A DNA stretch of 37,108 nt from a virus (taxonomy: Duplodnaviria > Caudoviricetes): the IMG/VR virus record IMGVR_UViG_3300031464_000088, positions 1-37,108 of that record; one strand, 5' to 3'. Within the stretch, counting starts at the first letter, position 1. Each line of letters begins with the position of its first letter. Positions 7,851-19,300 of the stretch are shown here, in pieces. The notes beneath the pieces are model-generated. The model was not told the origin of the DNA. It did not search any database and worked only from the letters and a program-made list of their open reading frames with translations. A program made the position numbers and the translations under genes.

Positions 7851-10157
7851 ATGCCGCGCGTTCCCGAATACCACCCGAACGTTTCGCTTCGCCCTGCCTT
7901 CCGGCAGGACGTTGATGTGCGCGCGACGCCCGAAGCCTTCGGCGCTGGTGCCGGCCGCGGCATGCAGGGTCTGGCGCGCGGTCTCTCGGAAGTCGGCGCG
8001 GCGCTCGCTCAGGTGCAAGAGCTTGAAGACTCCCTGCGCGCCAAAGAGGCCGATAATGCCTTTGCGGATTGGATGCGCGAACGCATGTATGGCGAAGGCG
8101 GCTTCATGACGCTGGAGGGCCGCAATGCCGTTGATGGGCGTGCTGCATTCGAGCGCGAGGCTGCGGAAAAGCGCCGCGAGTTCGGCAAGGGCCTGACGGG
8201 TGGGGCCGCGCGGGCCTATCACTCCGCATCTCAGGCACGGCTCCAGTCGGCCTATCAGCAATCCATCATTCACACTGCCCAGGCGCGCAAGACCTGGTTC
8301 AAGGATGCCTCTAACGCGCGGGTCGAAACCTTCGCGAACGATGCGCTCGTGAGCTACAACAGGCCCGATCTGGTCGCTAAGAACATCGCTGCCGGCGTGC
8401 TGGAGCTGCGCGAGCAAGGCCGCATGCACGGCTGGGATGATGACACGCTCAAGCTGCGCGAAGCCGAGTTCGTCTCAGGCGTTCACAAGAACATCACGCT
8501 CCGCATTGCGCAAGACGATCCGCTGGCGGCGGAAAAGTACATGAAGGACAATGCCGATCGCCTCACCGGGGCGCATCGGTTTGAGCTCAACAAGGCGCTG
8601 GAAAACGAGATTGCGCAGGAGCACGCAAAGCGCGAGGCCGATGCGATCCTGAAGGAAGGCCGCAAGCCTCATCACTCGTCGGGCGAACCAGGCGGCTCTC
8701 GATCGGTCGGGGCAACAGATCCGACAAGCGCGCGCGCCTTCCTGCTGGGAAGGCTCAGCAAGGGTCACGACAAGTCGCACATCGACGGGCTGGATGAAAG
8801 TTTTGCCGCCAATCTGGCCGCGATGATCCAGGACGCGCCGCCCGAAATCCGCGATGGGCTTGGCGTGCTGTCGGGCTATCGATCTCCCGATCGGCAACGG
8901 GAGCTGTTCGCTGCCGCGGTCAAGAAGTACGGCTCCGAAGCGGCCGCGCGGAAATGGGTCGCGCCTCCCGGTCGCTCATTCCACAATCACGGGCAAGCCG
9001 TCGATCTGGCCTATAACGGTCGATCGCTCGCACACGCCCCCAAAGAGGTTGTGGAGTGGGTTCACCGCAATGCTGGGAAATACGGGCTCTATTTCCCCAT
9101 GAGCCATGAGCCGTGGCATGTCGAGCCCGTGGGCACCCGTTCAGGAACGGTCGCGCCGCGCGGCAGCATGGTCGCTCCGCGCACGGCCATGCCGTCCCCT
9201 GTCGATATCGAGGCCCGGCTTGACCGCATTTCTGATCCCAAGGTCCGCGATCTAACGCGCAAACGCATCTATGCGGCGATCGAGGCGCAGAACAAAGCCT
9301 ACGAAATGGAGGCGAAAGCGGCGCGTGCCGAGCTGTGGCGCTACATCGATCAGGGTGCAACGCCCGATCAGGTCCCCATGGAGGTTCGGCAGGCGGCCGG
9401 CATGGCCGCGGTATCAGCGGCCTGGGGCTACCTAGAGACCGTCCGCAAGGGACGCGCTGTCGAAAGCGACGAAACGCTGCTCTACGACATGCGCCGGTAT
9501 GCTGCCATCGATCCGATCGGATTTGCCGAAATCGACCTCAACGATTACCGCGACCGTCTTTCGATCGAGGCGATCAAGGAACTCACGGGCAAGCAAACCG
9601 ATGCGCTCAACGATCAGCGCAAGGCGCGCGAGGAAGGGCTGAACCTGACGGCCGCCTTCTCTCAGGCTCAGAGCCAGCTTGAGGCCGTGGGCATCACGAC
9701 AACAGGGAAACGCGGCAGCGAGCGTGAGGCGGCAGCCCAGCGCATCGCCCGGTTCCAGAACGCCCTGGCCGAAGAAATGGAGGCGTTTAGACGGCGGAAC
9801 AAGGGGCAAGCGCCAACGCAGCTCGACATTCAGTCGATGGTGAACAAGCTGCTGCTGCCCATCGTCATCAAGACGCCTGGCTGGCTGTGGGACAGCACCG
9901 ATAGCAGCAAGCGGCTATTCGAGGCGGGCGACCGCGCTGACGGATCGACGGTCGATGTCGATGTCCAATACTCGGACATTCCGATCGATCTCAGGCGCGG
10001 GATCGTCATCGATCTCGAACGGGAACTCGGCCGCAAGCCGAGCGAAGCCGAGGTTGTTCAGCGCTACGAGGATTTCATTCTCGGTCGCGACCTGCCGACA
10101 CGCGAGGACGAAATTCGCTCCATGCACGCCAGACAAGGCGGGGCTGCCGCGCGCTGA
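7851..10157 (+). CDS. Middle ejection protein with an embedded M15/VanY-like Zn peptidase domain
   Basis: MPRVP.Y start and helical body. Central SGYRS..RQ..L, APPGRS.H.HG.AVDL and EPWH motifs at ~8870-9125. Confidence 0.85.
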   Translation: MPRVPEYHPNVSLRPAFRQDVDVRATPEAFGAGAGRGMQGLARGLSEVGAALAQVQELEDSLRAKEADNAFADWMRERMYGEGGFMTLEGRNAVDGRAAFEREAAEKRREFGKGLTGGAARAYHSASQARLQSAYQQSIIHTAQARKTWFKDASNARVETFANDALVSYNRPDLVAKNIAAGVLELREQGRMHGWDDDTLKLREAEFVSGVHKNITLRIAQDDPLAAEKYMKDNADRLTGAHRFELNKALENEIAQEHAKREADAILKEGRKPHHSSGEPGGSRSVGATDPTSARAFLLGRLSKGHDKSHIDGLDESFAANLAAMIQDAPPEIRDGLGVLSGYRSPDRQRELFAAAVKKYGSEAAARKWVAPPGRSFHNHGQAVDLAYNGRSLAHAPKEVVEWVHRNAGKYGLYFPMSHEPWHVEPVGTRSGTVAPRGSMVAPRTAMPSPVDIEARLDRISDPKVRDLTRKRIYAAIEAQNKAYEMEAKAARAELWRYIDQGATPDQVPMEVRQAAGMAAVSAAWGYLETVRKGRAVESDETLLYDMRRYAAIDPIGFAEIDLNDYRDRLSIEAIKELTGKQTDALNDQRKAREEGLNLTAAFSQAQSQLEAVGITTTGKRGSEREAAAQRIARFQNALAEEMEAFRRRNKGQAPTQLDIQSMVNKLLLPIVIKTPGWLWDSTDSSKRLFEAGDRADGSTVDVDVQYSDIPIDLRRGIVIDLERELGRKPSEAEVVQRYEDFILGRDLPTREDEIRSMHARQGGAAAR

Positions 10158-10171
10158 CGGTGGTCTAGCTC

Positions 10172-10324
10172 TCAACCGTTCACGTTGATGATCCCGGCTT
10201 GGCCAAGCCCCCAAAGGGTGACGGCCACCGTCGCTGCAAAGAGCAGCGGCGCGAGCACGCCGTAGACGACGACGCTGAAGAGGAAACGGCCGGCGACTGT
10301 GAACCGGCTCTGTTGGGATTTCAT
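10172..10324 (-). CDS. Small 50-aa antisense membrane protein (not in the ORF track)
   Basis: MKSQQSRFTVAGRFLFSVVVYGVLAPLLFAATVAVTLWGLGQAGIINVNG*. AGGGGG SD 7 nt upstream; fills the gap between two ejection genes. Confidence 0.65.
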   Translation of the reverse strand: MKSQQSRFTVAGRFLFSVVVYGVLAPLLFAATVAVTLWGLGQAGIINVNG

Positions 10325-10338
10325 AGGACAGCCCCCTG

Positions 10339-13300
10339 ATGAAAACGATTGCCGATTACGAAGCCTGGAAAGCCAGACAGCAGCAGAGCAACGTAGGGGC
10401 TGCGCAAGTGGTGCTCGAAGCGGCCGATGCGTCCCCGGACGAAGTTGCCAGCGATCTTACCCTTGCCGGCGACTTCAGCAAGGCCACGGGCGGCCCTGTG
10501 CCGCCGCTGCCGCTGGTCAAGGAGCACCGCAACGTCTTTCAGGCGGCGATCGAACGCCACCGCAACACCACCATTCTGTCGAACTCGCCGCGCCTGACCG
10601 AATGGTTGCGCAATCGCGAGAACGCTGCGCTTGCTCGCGACGATCTCGAAGGGCTGTCGTGGTGGGAAACGACGCTGGGTGCCGGGCAGCATGCCATCAG
10701 CCGTGGCATCCAGAGCTTCCCTCAGTCCTACCGGCAATGGCTTGCGGCAGGAACTCGCGAACGCGGGCGTGATCAGGAGCGTTCGTTTGCGGAAATTTAC
10801 GCCGACGAGCGCTCGCGGCCCTTGTTCGATTGGGGACCGCTCGGCAATTCCGGCCTGATCGATACGGCCATCGGGCCGATCAGCGACGCTGTGTTCGCCG
10901 GCTCGCGCTATCTGATGTCGAGGCTGAGCGCACTGGTCGGCGGATCGCCGGAAGAGCATGAGGCGCGTGCGGCCGAATATCAGCGGCAGGCGGGAGAGAT
11001 CGCTGAACGGATCGCGGCCATTCCCATGTCGCCTGCCGGCGAACGCGGCAAGGCTCTCGTCCAGTCCTTCAAGCCTACCGGCAGCATAGGCGAAGACTTC
11101 GCTCAATTCTTCGGCCTGGTCGCCAAGGACCCTGCCGGGTTCCTTGCATTCCTGACGGAAACAGCCGTTGAAAGCGCGCCGGCCATCGCGGCGGCGACGG
11201 TCGGGACGCTCGCGACGCGAAGCCCCGGCGTCGGCGCGACGATCCTCGGGCTGTCGTCTGGCGCAAGAGAGGCGGGCTCGGCACCTGTCGAGTTCTTCCG
11301 TGAGCACGGCCTTGATGTCTCGACGCCGGATGGCGCGCTTGAGGCGGTCCAGAACGAAGAGATGTGGCGCGATGCGATGCAGCGCGGCATGACGCGCGGT
11401 GTCATCATCGGCATCTTGGACGGCCTTTCGGGCGGGATCGCCGGCCAGCAGCTCGCAAATTCTCCGCTCGCCAATCTCGCGCTGCAATCCGTTGTGCAGG
11501 CCGGGCTCGGCGCTGGAGGCGAGGCGGCGGGCCAGATCGCGTCCGGACAGGAGTTCAACCTTGCCGAGGTTCTGATCGAGGGCCTTGCCGAGTTCGTCAC
11601 TGCACCGATCGAGGTTGCGGGCGTCGGCGGTCGCGCGTTCGTCGATAATCAGCGCAAGGCGCGTGATGCCGAGGCCAGGCGCACCCTGTTTCAAGAGCTG
11701 TCGGGACAAGCGGTTTCGTCGAAGCTCCGCGAGCGGATGCCTGACAAGTTCCGCGAGTTCGTCGAGGCCGCGACCAAGGACGGCCCGGTCGAGCACGTAT
11801 ATGTGCCGGCCAAGGAGTTCGTCACCTACTTCCAGGACATCGGCGTCGATCCGTGGGCGCTGGTAGACGAAGAACTCGACGGCGTGACGCGCGATGATCT
11901 CGATGCGGCACTCGCCGGCGGCGGGGACCTTCAAATTCCAACTGCGACCTATGCCGCGAAGATCGCAGGAAGCGAGCACGACGCTTTCCTGATGGAGAAC
12001 ATGCGGTTCGATCCCGATCAGATGACGGCTCGGGAAGCGGCAGAGTTCAACGCGCGGGCGCAAGAGGCGATGGAGGAGGCTTGGCAGGTCGCCGAAGAGC
12101 TTCGCCGGCACGAGGAAGAGTTTCGGTCATTCGAGCAAGAGATTTACGACACGATGGTTTCGCGCCTTCGTGCTGCCGGCCGATCGACCGAGGTGGCGAC
12201 AACCGAGGCCATGCTTTACCCGGCCTTCTACCGGGTGATGGCGGAACGATCGAACCTGACGATCGAGGAGTTCTTGCAGCGCTATCCGCTGCCGCAGGTG
12301 CAAGGCGCGATCCCCCAGGGCTTCCAGTTCCGCGATGTGGATGAGCTGAATAGAACGCTCGCCGAAGCTCGGAACCGAAAGACGGTTCGCGACAGTCGCA
12401 TGACCTTGCTCGAGTTCATCGACGATCGAGGCGGTATCAACGATGTCGGCGGCGAGCTGCGGGCGCGAGATGCCGAGACCATCCGGCGTGGCCGCGGAAA
12501 GAAGACGCTCCGGCTTGCACGTCCCGGCTTCGTGCCGGGTCAGGCCGGCATATTTGGTGTCGGCGAGACTGATATGTACAGCCCCGACAGCGTGGCCCAC
12601 GCGGCGATCGAATACGGCTACATGGCAGACGATCCGATCGTGATCCAATACAAAACAGCTTTGGAGCGAGGCGATCAGGTCCCGGACATCACGCGCGCCT
12701 TGTGGGATGCGATCGACCGCGAATTGGGCGGCGAGCCTCAGTATTCCGCTTATGCTCCGGTTGACCCAGCGATTGCCGAGAACGAAGCGCTCGATCAGAT
12801 CGAGGAATATCTGGCGAGCCTCGGCGTCTCTCTTTACGACGATGACGCGACGATCAAGGCGGCCATCCAGGCGGACCGGGAAGCCCGGCACTATGGGCAG
12901 TTCGCTGGGGTGCGCGCCCGGACGCTCGACAGCAGCGCGCTGGAGCGCGCGCAAGCCATGGAAGCCGATGGCGAATTGCCCGGCGACATCTACGGCGCCA
13001 CGGGTTTTTTCAAGGGGCCTGACGGCCTCTGGCGCTTTGAGATCAGCGATGCCGACGCCAAGCTCAAGATGGGCATGCTCGATCGGATCATCAGGAAGCT
13101 CGCGCCCAAGTATGTGCCGCTTAGCTCGGTGCTGGATCACCCGAAGCTGTTCGCGGCTTATCCGCAGCTCGCCTCCTACCGCACGTCCGTCAAGATCGAT
13201 CCGGATGCCGAGCTTCTCGGAGCGCACGACGGAGAGAACAGGGTCATCGAAGCTCGGGGCAGAACGCCTGAAGAAGCCCTGTCGGTTTTGCTGCATGAAG

Positions 13301-16300
13301 TGGCCCACGCGATCCAGACAGTGGAGGACTTCGCGACCGGCGGCAACCCGAGCATGGGCGAACTCTATGAGGGCGAACGCGTCGCTGAACTCAAGGCCAG
13401 CATCCGGCAGCTCGGGGAAGCAGCGGAAGCGGCCTATGAGGCCGGCGACAAGGATCGCCTCAAATGGATTGCCGATCGGGTCGCCCAAGAAAAACAAGAA
13501 ATGGTCAAAGCCGCGCGGTTCGAATACTACCGCCGCCTGGCGGGAGAGGTCGAGGCGCGCAACGTGCAAGCGCGCGATAAGTTGCGCCGCTCCGGAGAAG
13601 AGCCGGATGCGCCCTGGTGGACCGCGGACGTTACCTCAGACAAGGTGATCATTGTTCGCTCGCGGGACCGCGGCGATGCGTTCAAGGCTCTTTCCGCGGA
13701 CCAGGGCGATCCCAACGCAGGCCGGGCCGGAATGCCGGATTGGATGCGCGGGATTTTGGAAGGGTCGCGTCAAAGGAAAGCGCTCGCAGCCGAGCTTGCG
13801 GCTGACGGGAAGGCTGTCCGGTTGAAACACGCGGACGGTCGCTCAGCGCTTGCCGGCCCGGACATGTCCAGTCCTGGCGGCTTCCGGTTGACGCGGTTCG
13901 ATGATGATGGCCCGGTCGGGCATACCGAGCATTCCAGCCTTGCCGACGCCATTGATGAGGGCTTGAGGGCTGGGTATCAGCCGGTGGGGCGTTCCTACGA
14001 TCAGAGCGGTGATGAACGGAACCTGATCGTTCAGCACAATCTTACCGCGGCGAACCTCCTGCATGCCGACAAGATGCGCGGCCTTGCCGTGCCATCGCTG
14101 GCGATCTCGAACGTTGATCACCCTCTCGACAACTTCGGAGAGATCACATTGCTTGGCGGGCCTGACCTGATCGACCCGCGCAAGGATCGGACGTCGAAGG
14201 TCTTCGATGCGGACGTGTACTCGCCGCGCTATCCGACCGTCCGTTACAAGATCGCCAAGGCGGCGATGAACAAGGTTTGGAAGCGGCTCGGCAAGGTTTC
14301 CGCAGAGCTGGGCCATGTGCTGTCCGGGGAACTCGACAGTGGCGAAGTCGAGCGCAAGGGCCTTGAGGCATTCCGCGATAGCTCTGCCGTTCAGCTTCAA
14401 TTCTTGCGCGACACTGGTCGCGATATCGAGCTGCCGCAGCAGACGGCCAGAACCGATTATCTCAAAATGGTTCCGGAGCTGGCCGACAAATTCATTGACA
14501 GCTACGCCGTCAATAACGACCCGGAAACGAGGGCGCTGGTCGAAAAAGCGATCAGCCTGGAAATCCAGAAGCTTCGTGACGCTGCCCCGGATATCCCCGT
14601 CGAGGAATGGCGCGATCAATACTATCGCAATGGCGAAATCCGCCGCTCTGTCATCGACGATATCCGGCAGGAGATCAGAGTTGCCCGCGAGCCCGGCGTC
14701 GATCGCTACGCCGCGCGCACGGCGATCCGCGATGCGGTGAAGCCTCATGCCGACGAGTTCTCGGCCTGGGTCGAAGAACAGTTCGGCTCCGTCATTGCCG
14801 GCGAAACGATCATGACGGAAACGGCGTCGGGCAATTGGCGATACCTGCCGCATACGCTCGACAATGTGGTCAAGGTGCTGCGCAAGAAGCTGCGCGACGG
14901 CGAAGGCTTCAACTATGGCGTCGGCTCGATCCGCTCGAAGGTCGCCAATCAGTTCAAGAGCGTGTCGGCAATTCAGCGGGCGCGTGGCCGGCTGATCCCT
15001 GCCGACGCCATGCAGGCGCTCAAGGATGAGGTTAACGACGAGTTCGTTGCGCTCGCCTCGAAGCTCGGCGCGTATTCGGAATACAGCAGCGGCTTTGGCT
15101 GGCTCGATACGTTCAGCGAGCAACTGAAAGAGGTTGCCGATCGTGGGCCTCGCGCGCTCAATCAGTATTTCAACGATCTGCCGGATGATCTGCTGCAAGA
15201 GGCCGTTGCCTTTCTCGACAAGCTCGCGAACATGCCGACCGAGTATTTCGAGGCGAAGCTTCAACGCGCGGTCGATCTCAGCGAGTTCAAGGCGGCAGTC
15301 GTTCCGCATGACGCGCCCCAGGCTGCCAAGGACGTTCTGAAGCGTGCTGGCGTGCCGATCTTTGAATACGATCCCAAGGACGCCAGCTCGCGTGCGGTAC
15401 GGACGCGGCTTGCTGCGAGTGAGGGCAAGCTTCTGTTCCAGAGCGGCCGCGATCAGGCGGTCGAAGATCAGCCGCGCGTAAATGAAGACGGCTTTGTCCA
15501 GCTACTTCCGTTCAGAGAGGAATGGGGCGATCCGCGGTTCAACGAGGAAGATCGGGAACACGCGCTCGGGCGCTTGCGTGAAATCCGGGCGATGAATGTG
15601 CGGCAGGCACCGTGGGAGGACATCGTTGCCGCCTATCGCGACCTCAATCAGATCGCCATGCAATTGCTCTACTTCGCGCCGGATGCGCCCATAGAGAAAT
15701 TGCGCGATACTCTGAACGGCGGCCACGAAGTGTGGCGGTACATGTTCGATAGACGCCGCGGCCCCGATCTGGGAGACGATGGGCGAAGCTCCATATACTC
15801 GGGCATCAACGTTCCGCCTGACATTCAGGATTTTGCGCGTGAAGGTGGGTCCGCGATCGAGCACTTGCTGAAATCGCGCCGCCGCGGCGTTGTGGAGCTG
15901 TTGGAGTTCGGTTGGACTGACGAGCCGCGGCCTAGCCGCAAGCCCTTGGACCCGTCCCAAATTGGCGAGAAGATGCGATCCGGCTTTTACTTTCAGGTCG
16001 GGCGCAAGCTGGCCGATGTTCCGGATGCTCTTTTCAATCAGGGCGGGCAAGCGGTTATCGATTGGCTGACCCAAGCTGGTGTCAGCCGGGCTGAGATCGA
16101 CCATTTCCAGCTACAGCAGAAGTTCGGCAATCGACAGCCGGCCACTCGCGAGGACTTCGCTCGCGCCATTGCGGAGCGCATGTTCGATTTCCGTCGCAAG
16201 ACATCCTGGCTCAATCCGGAGCGGACCAGGCGCGATTACGAACTCGGCGGCACACGTGCTTTCGGCGGCCCCCGCATCCCCGGTCGCGGCATATACTTCG

Positions 16301-19300
16301 AGCGGTTGAACGCGTTCCCGAAGAAGCTGAAAGGCGGTGAAGAGTTCCCGCCCGGCAGCTTTGAGTCGCCGCATTGGGAGGATGTGCATACAGGCACCTG
16401 GGCGTCGTGGCGCGGCTCGATCCGAGACATTCCAAACTGGGGCCGCATGCTGATCGGCGAAGAGGGCCAGACTGATTACATGCAGGGCGCGGTCAGTGGC
16501 CGCCGGCCGCGGATTACGACGGCGGAATACCTGAAGCTCAAAGACGATCGCGATCGCCGCGACAAGGTGCTCGACAAAGCCTACGATCTCGTGGGCACGG
16601 CGGCATCCGCCATCGGGCTCAGCTATCAGCAAAAATCCGCAATCGCCAGAGAGCTGGTTCCTCTATACGGGGGCAGTGAGCTTGACAGGGATGCATGGCT
16701 GGAACGCGCCAAGTCATTTCGCGACCTGATCCGCGAGCGCGGCAACAATAAAGACGCGATCGAAGCTCTCGACGAGCTGGAAAAACTGCGCAGCGACAAC
16801 GAGGAATTTTTCAAGCCCGGAGCGCGCGAGCTATACGACGACCCGGCGAAGTTCACGCCGGAAACTCCGCTCGATGAAAGCTATACGCGCAACATGATCC
16901 GCGATCTGTTGCTGCTTGCGGCGCAACGGAACGTGAACTCGATCGCCATATCAACGTCGGAAACCACCGATCGCATCCAGGCCAACACTCACCGGAGCGC
17001 TGCCCATTTCTATGACCGGCAGCTCAAGCCGGGCCTCGAACGCGAGCTGAGACGGTGGACTGGCGACAGCACCCTGAAACTCGAGTTGGTGAAGCTGCCC
17101 AAGGCCATGGGCGCGCCGCGTAACGAGAAAGCTTACACGGTATGGGCGGCCCGTCTAACGCCGGAAGTTCTCGCGAGAATACGCGCCCAAGGTCTGCCGA
17201 TGATGCAGGACACGGGGGAAGCGGGGCGGCGCGGCTCCATCCAATTCCCTGCCGGCGGCGTCGGTCGCGGTGATACGGTGATCCGCCTGTTCCAAGGGGC
17301 CGATCTCTCGACGATGCTGCACGAAAGCGGCCACTATTTCCTGAGCGTCATGCAGGATCTTGCCGCGAATGGCGAAGAGCAAGCCACTGCGGATTTGGCC
17401 GCGATCCGGGTATGGTGGCGTTCGAATGCCGATAGTGTTGCGAAAGACGCAATGCGCTCTGCGCCTGATGTGAAGATCACAGCAGACGACGTGATTGCTG
17501 TCCTCGACTACGGCACGACTGGCGACGCCGATAAGGACATCGCCATCGATACCGGCATGCACGAGCAGTGGGCGCGGGCCTTCGAAGCGTACCTGATGGA
17601 GGGCAAAGCGCCTTCGGCCGAACTCCGCTCGGCTTTCGAGAAGTTCCGCGCTTGGCTGATTTCCGTTTACCGCCGCCTCGTCGGTCTCAACGTCGCGGTC
17701 TCGGATGACATTCGTGCGGTCATGGATCGCATGCTCGCGACGGATGAAGAGATCGCCAAGGCACAGGCCGAAGCCGGCGGCACCGCGCCGCTGTTCGCGA
17801 CGGCTGAAGAAATGGGCTTGTCTCCGGAGGAGTTCAGCGCATTTCTCAAGCTGCGATCCCAGGCTGAAGATGAGGCCAAGGCGCGGCTGTTGCGCGAGAT
17901 CATGGCTCCGATCAAGCGCGAGCGTGACAAGTGGTACAAGGAGGAAAGGGCCAAAGTCCGCAAGGAAGTCGAGCGCGAGGTCAACGCGTATCCCTACTAT
18001 CGCGCAATCGAATGGCTGGGCAACCGCCGCTGGCTGGGGGACGATCCGCCTCTCGACGATACGCCCGACCTGCGGCTCTCGAAGGCAATCCTTGTCGAGC
18101 GCTACGGTGAAGGTGTCCTGAAGACGCTCCCTCGCGGGAAGCAAACCATTTACACCGTCGATGGCGGCCTTGATCCTGACGACGCTGCCGGCTGGTTCGG
18201 CTTCGATAGCGGCGACGAAATGATCCGTGCGCTGGAGCGCGCGCCGAAACGGATCGATGCCATCGAGGCCGAAACCGACCGGATCATGAACGAGCGGCAC
18301 GGCGACGTGCTGAATGACGGCACGATCGAAGCCGAAGCGCTCGATGCGGTTCATACCGACAAGCGCGGTCAGTGGATCGCGGCGGAGCTCAAAGCCGTGG
18401 TGGAGGTCGCCGGCACTGGCGACGTGATGACGGCCAAGGCCGCTCGCGAGACGGCGCGGCGCACCATTGCCAGAATGCGCGTTCGCGACGCCATGAACGC
18501 CAATAGGTTCCTCGCGGCCGAACGCAAGGCTGGCGAGGAAGCTGCACGGCTCGGCGCGATGCTGGCGCGCGAGAAGCTATGGATGGATGCTGCGCGCCGT
18601 CGGATCGCTACAAAAGCGCGTGCGGTGCTGCGCGAGGATGGCAAGCCTGATGCTGTTGCCGGGCAGATCGATCGGGCGAACCGATCGACGAAGAACTATA
18701 ACGAGACCGTCGAAAAGCTGATCCAGGCCAAGCGGCGGCAATTGCTCAATCATGCGCTCTACATGGAAGCGCGCAAGGTGGCTGATGAGGTCGCCAAGGC
18801 GGAACGGTTCGTCGCCAAGCTCAGCAAGAAGACGACGCGCGAGAAGATCGCTGGAGCCGGGCGGCGCGAGAATGCGCAAGTCGATTACCTGGCCGCAATT
18901 GACGAGCTTCTTGACCGCTATGACTTCCGCCGTTTAAGCGGCGCGGCCGAACGGCGGCGCGGCGCGCTCAATGCCTTCGTCGAGGCTATGAAGGCGGCCG
19001 GTCGTGAAAACGAGCTTGCGATCCCCGAAGCGGTCCTGGCGGACGCGGCGCGCAAGCCCTACAAGACGCTTCCCGTCGAGGAATTGCGCGGCGTCATCGA
19101 CAGCCTGAAGAACCTGGAACACGTAGCGCTGCGGTGGGACAAGCTGATCGATGCGCAACAGCAGCGCGCGCTCGATGATGTCGTGGCCGATATCGTCGAA
19201 GCCTTCGACGCAAACCTGCCAAAACGCCCGCCGGGCCGCGTGCCTACGAGCGGCGAAGCGCTGCGCAACGCTGGCCGCCAATTTCTTGACCTGGTGCTCA

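Noticed and set aside
10321-18354. Long minus-strand ORFs (596, 480, 488 and 399 aa) opposite the giant gene, and similar shadows elsewhere
   Set aside because: Typical antisense shadow frames of high-GC coding DNA, with no recognisable motifs.
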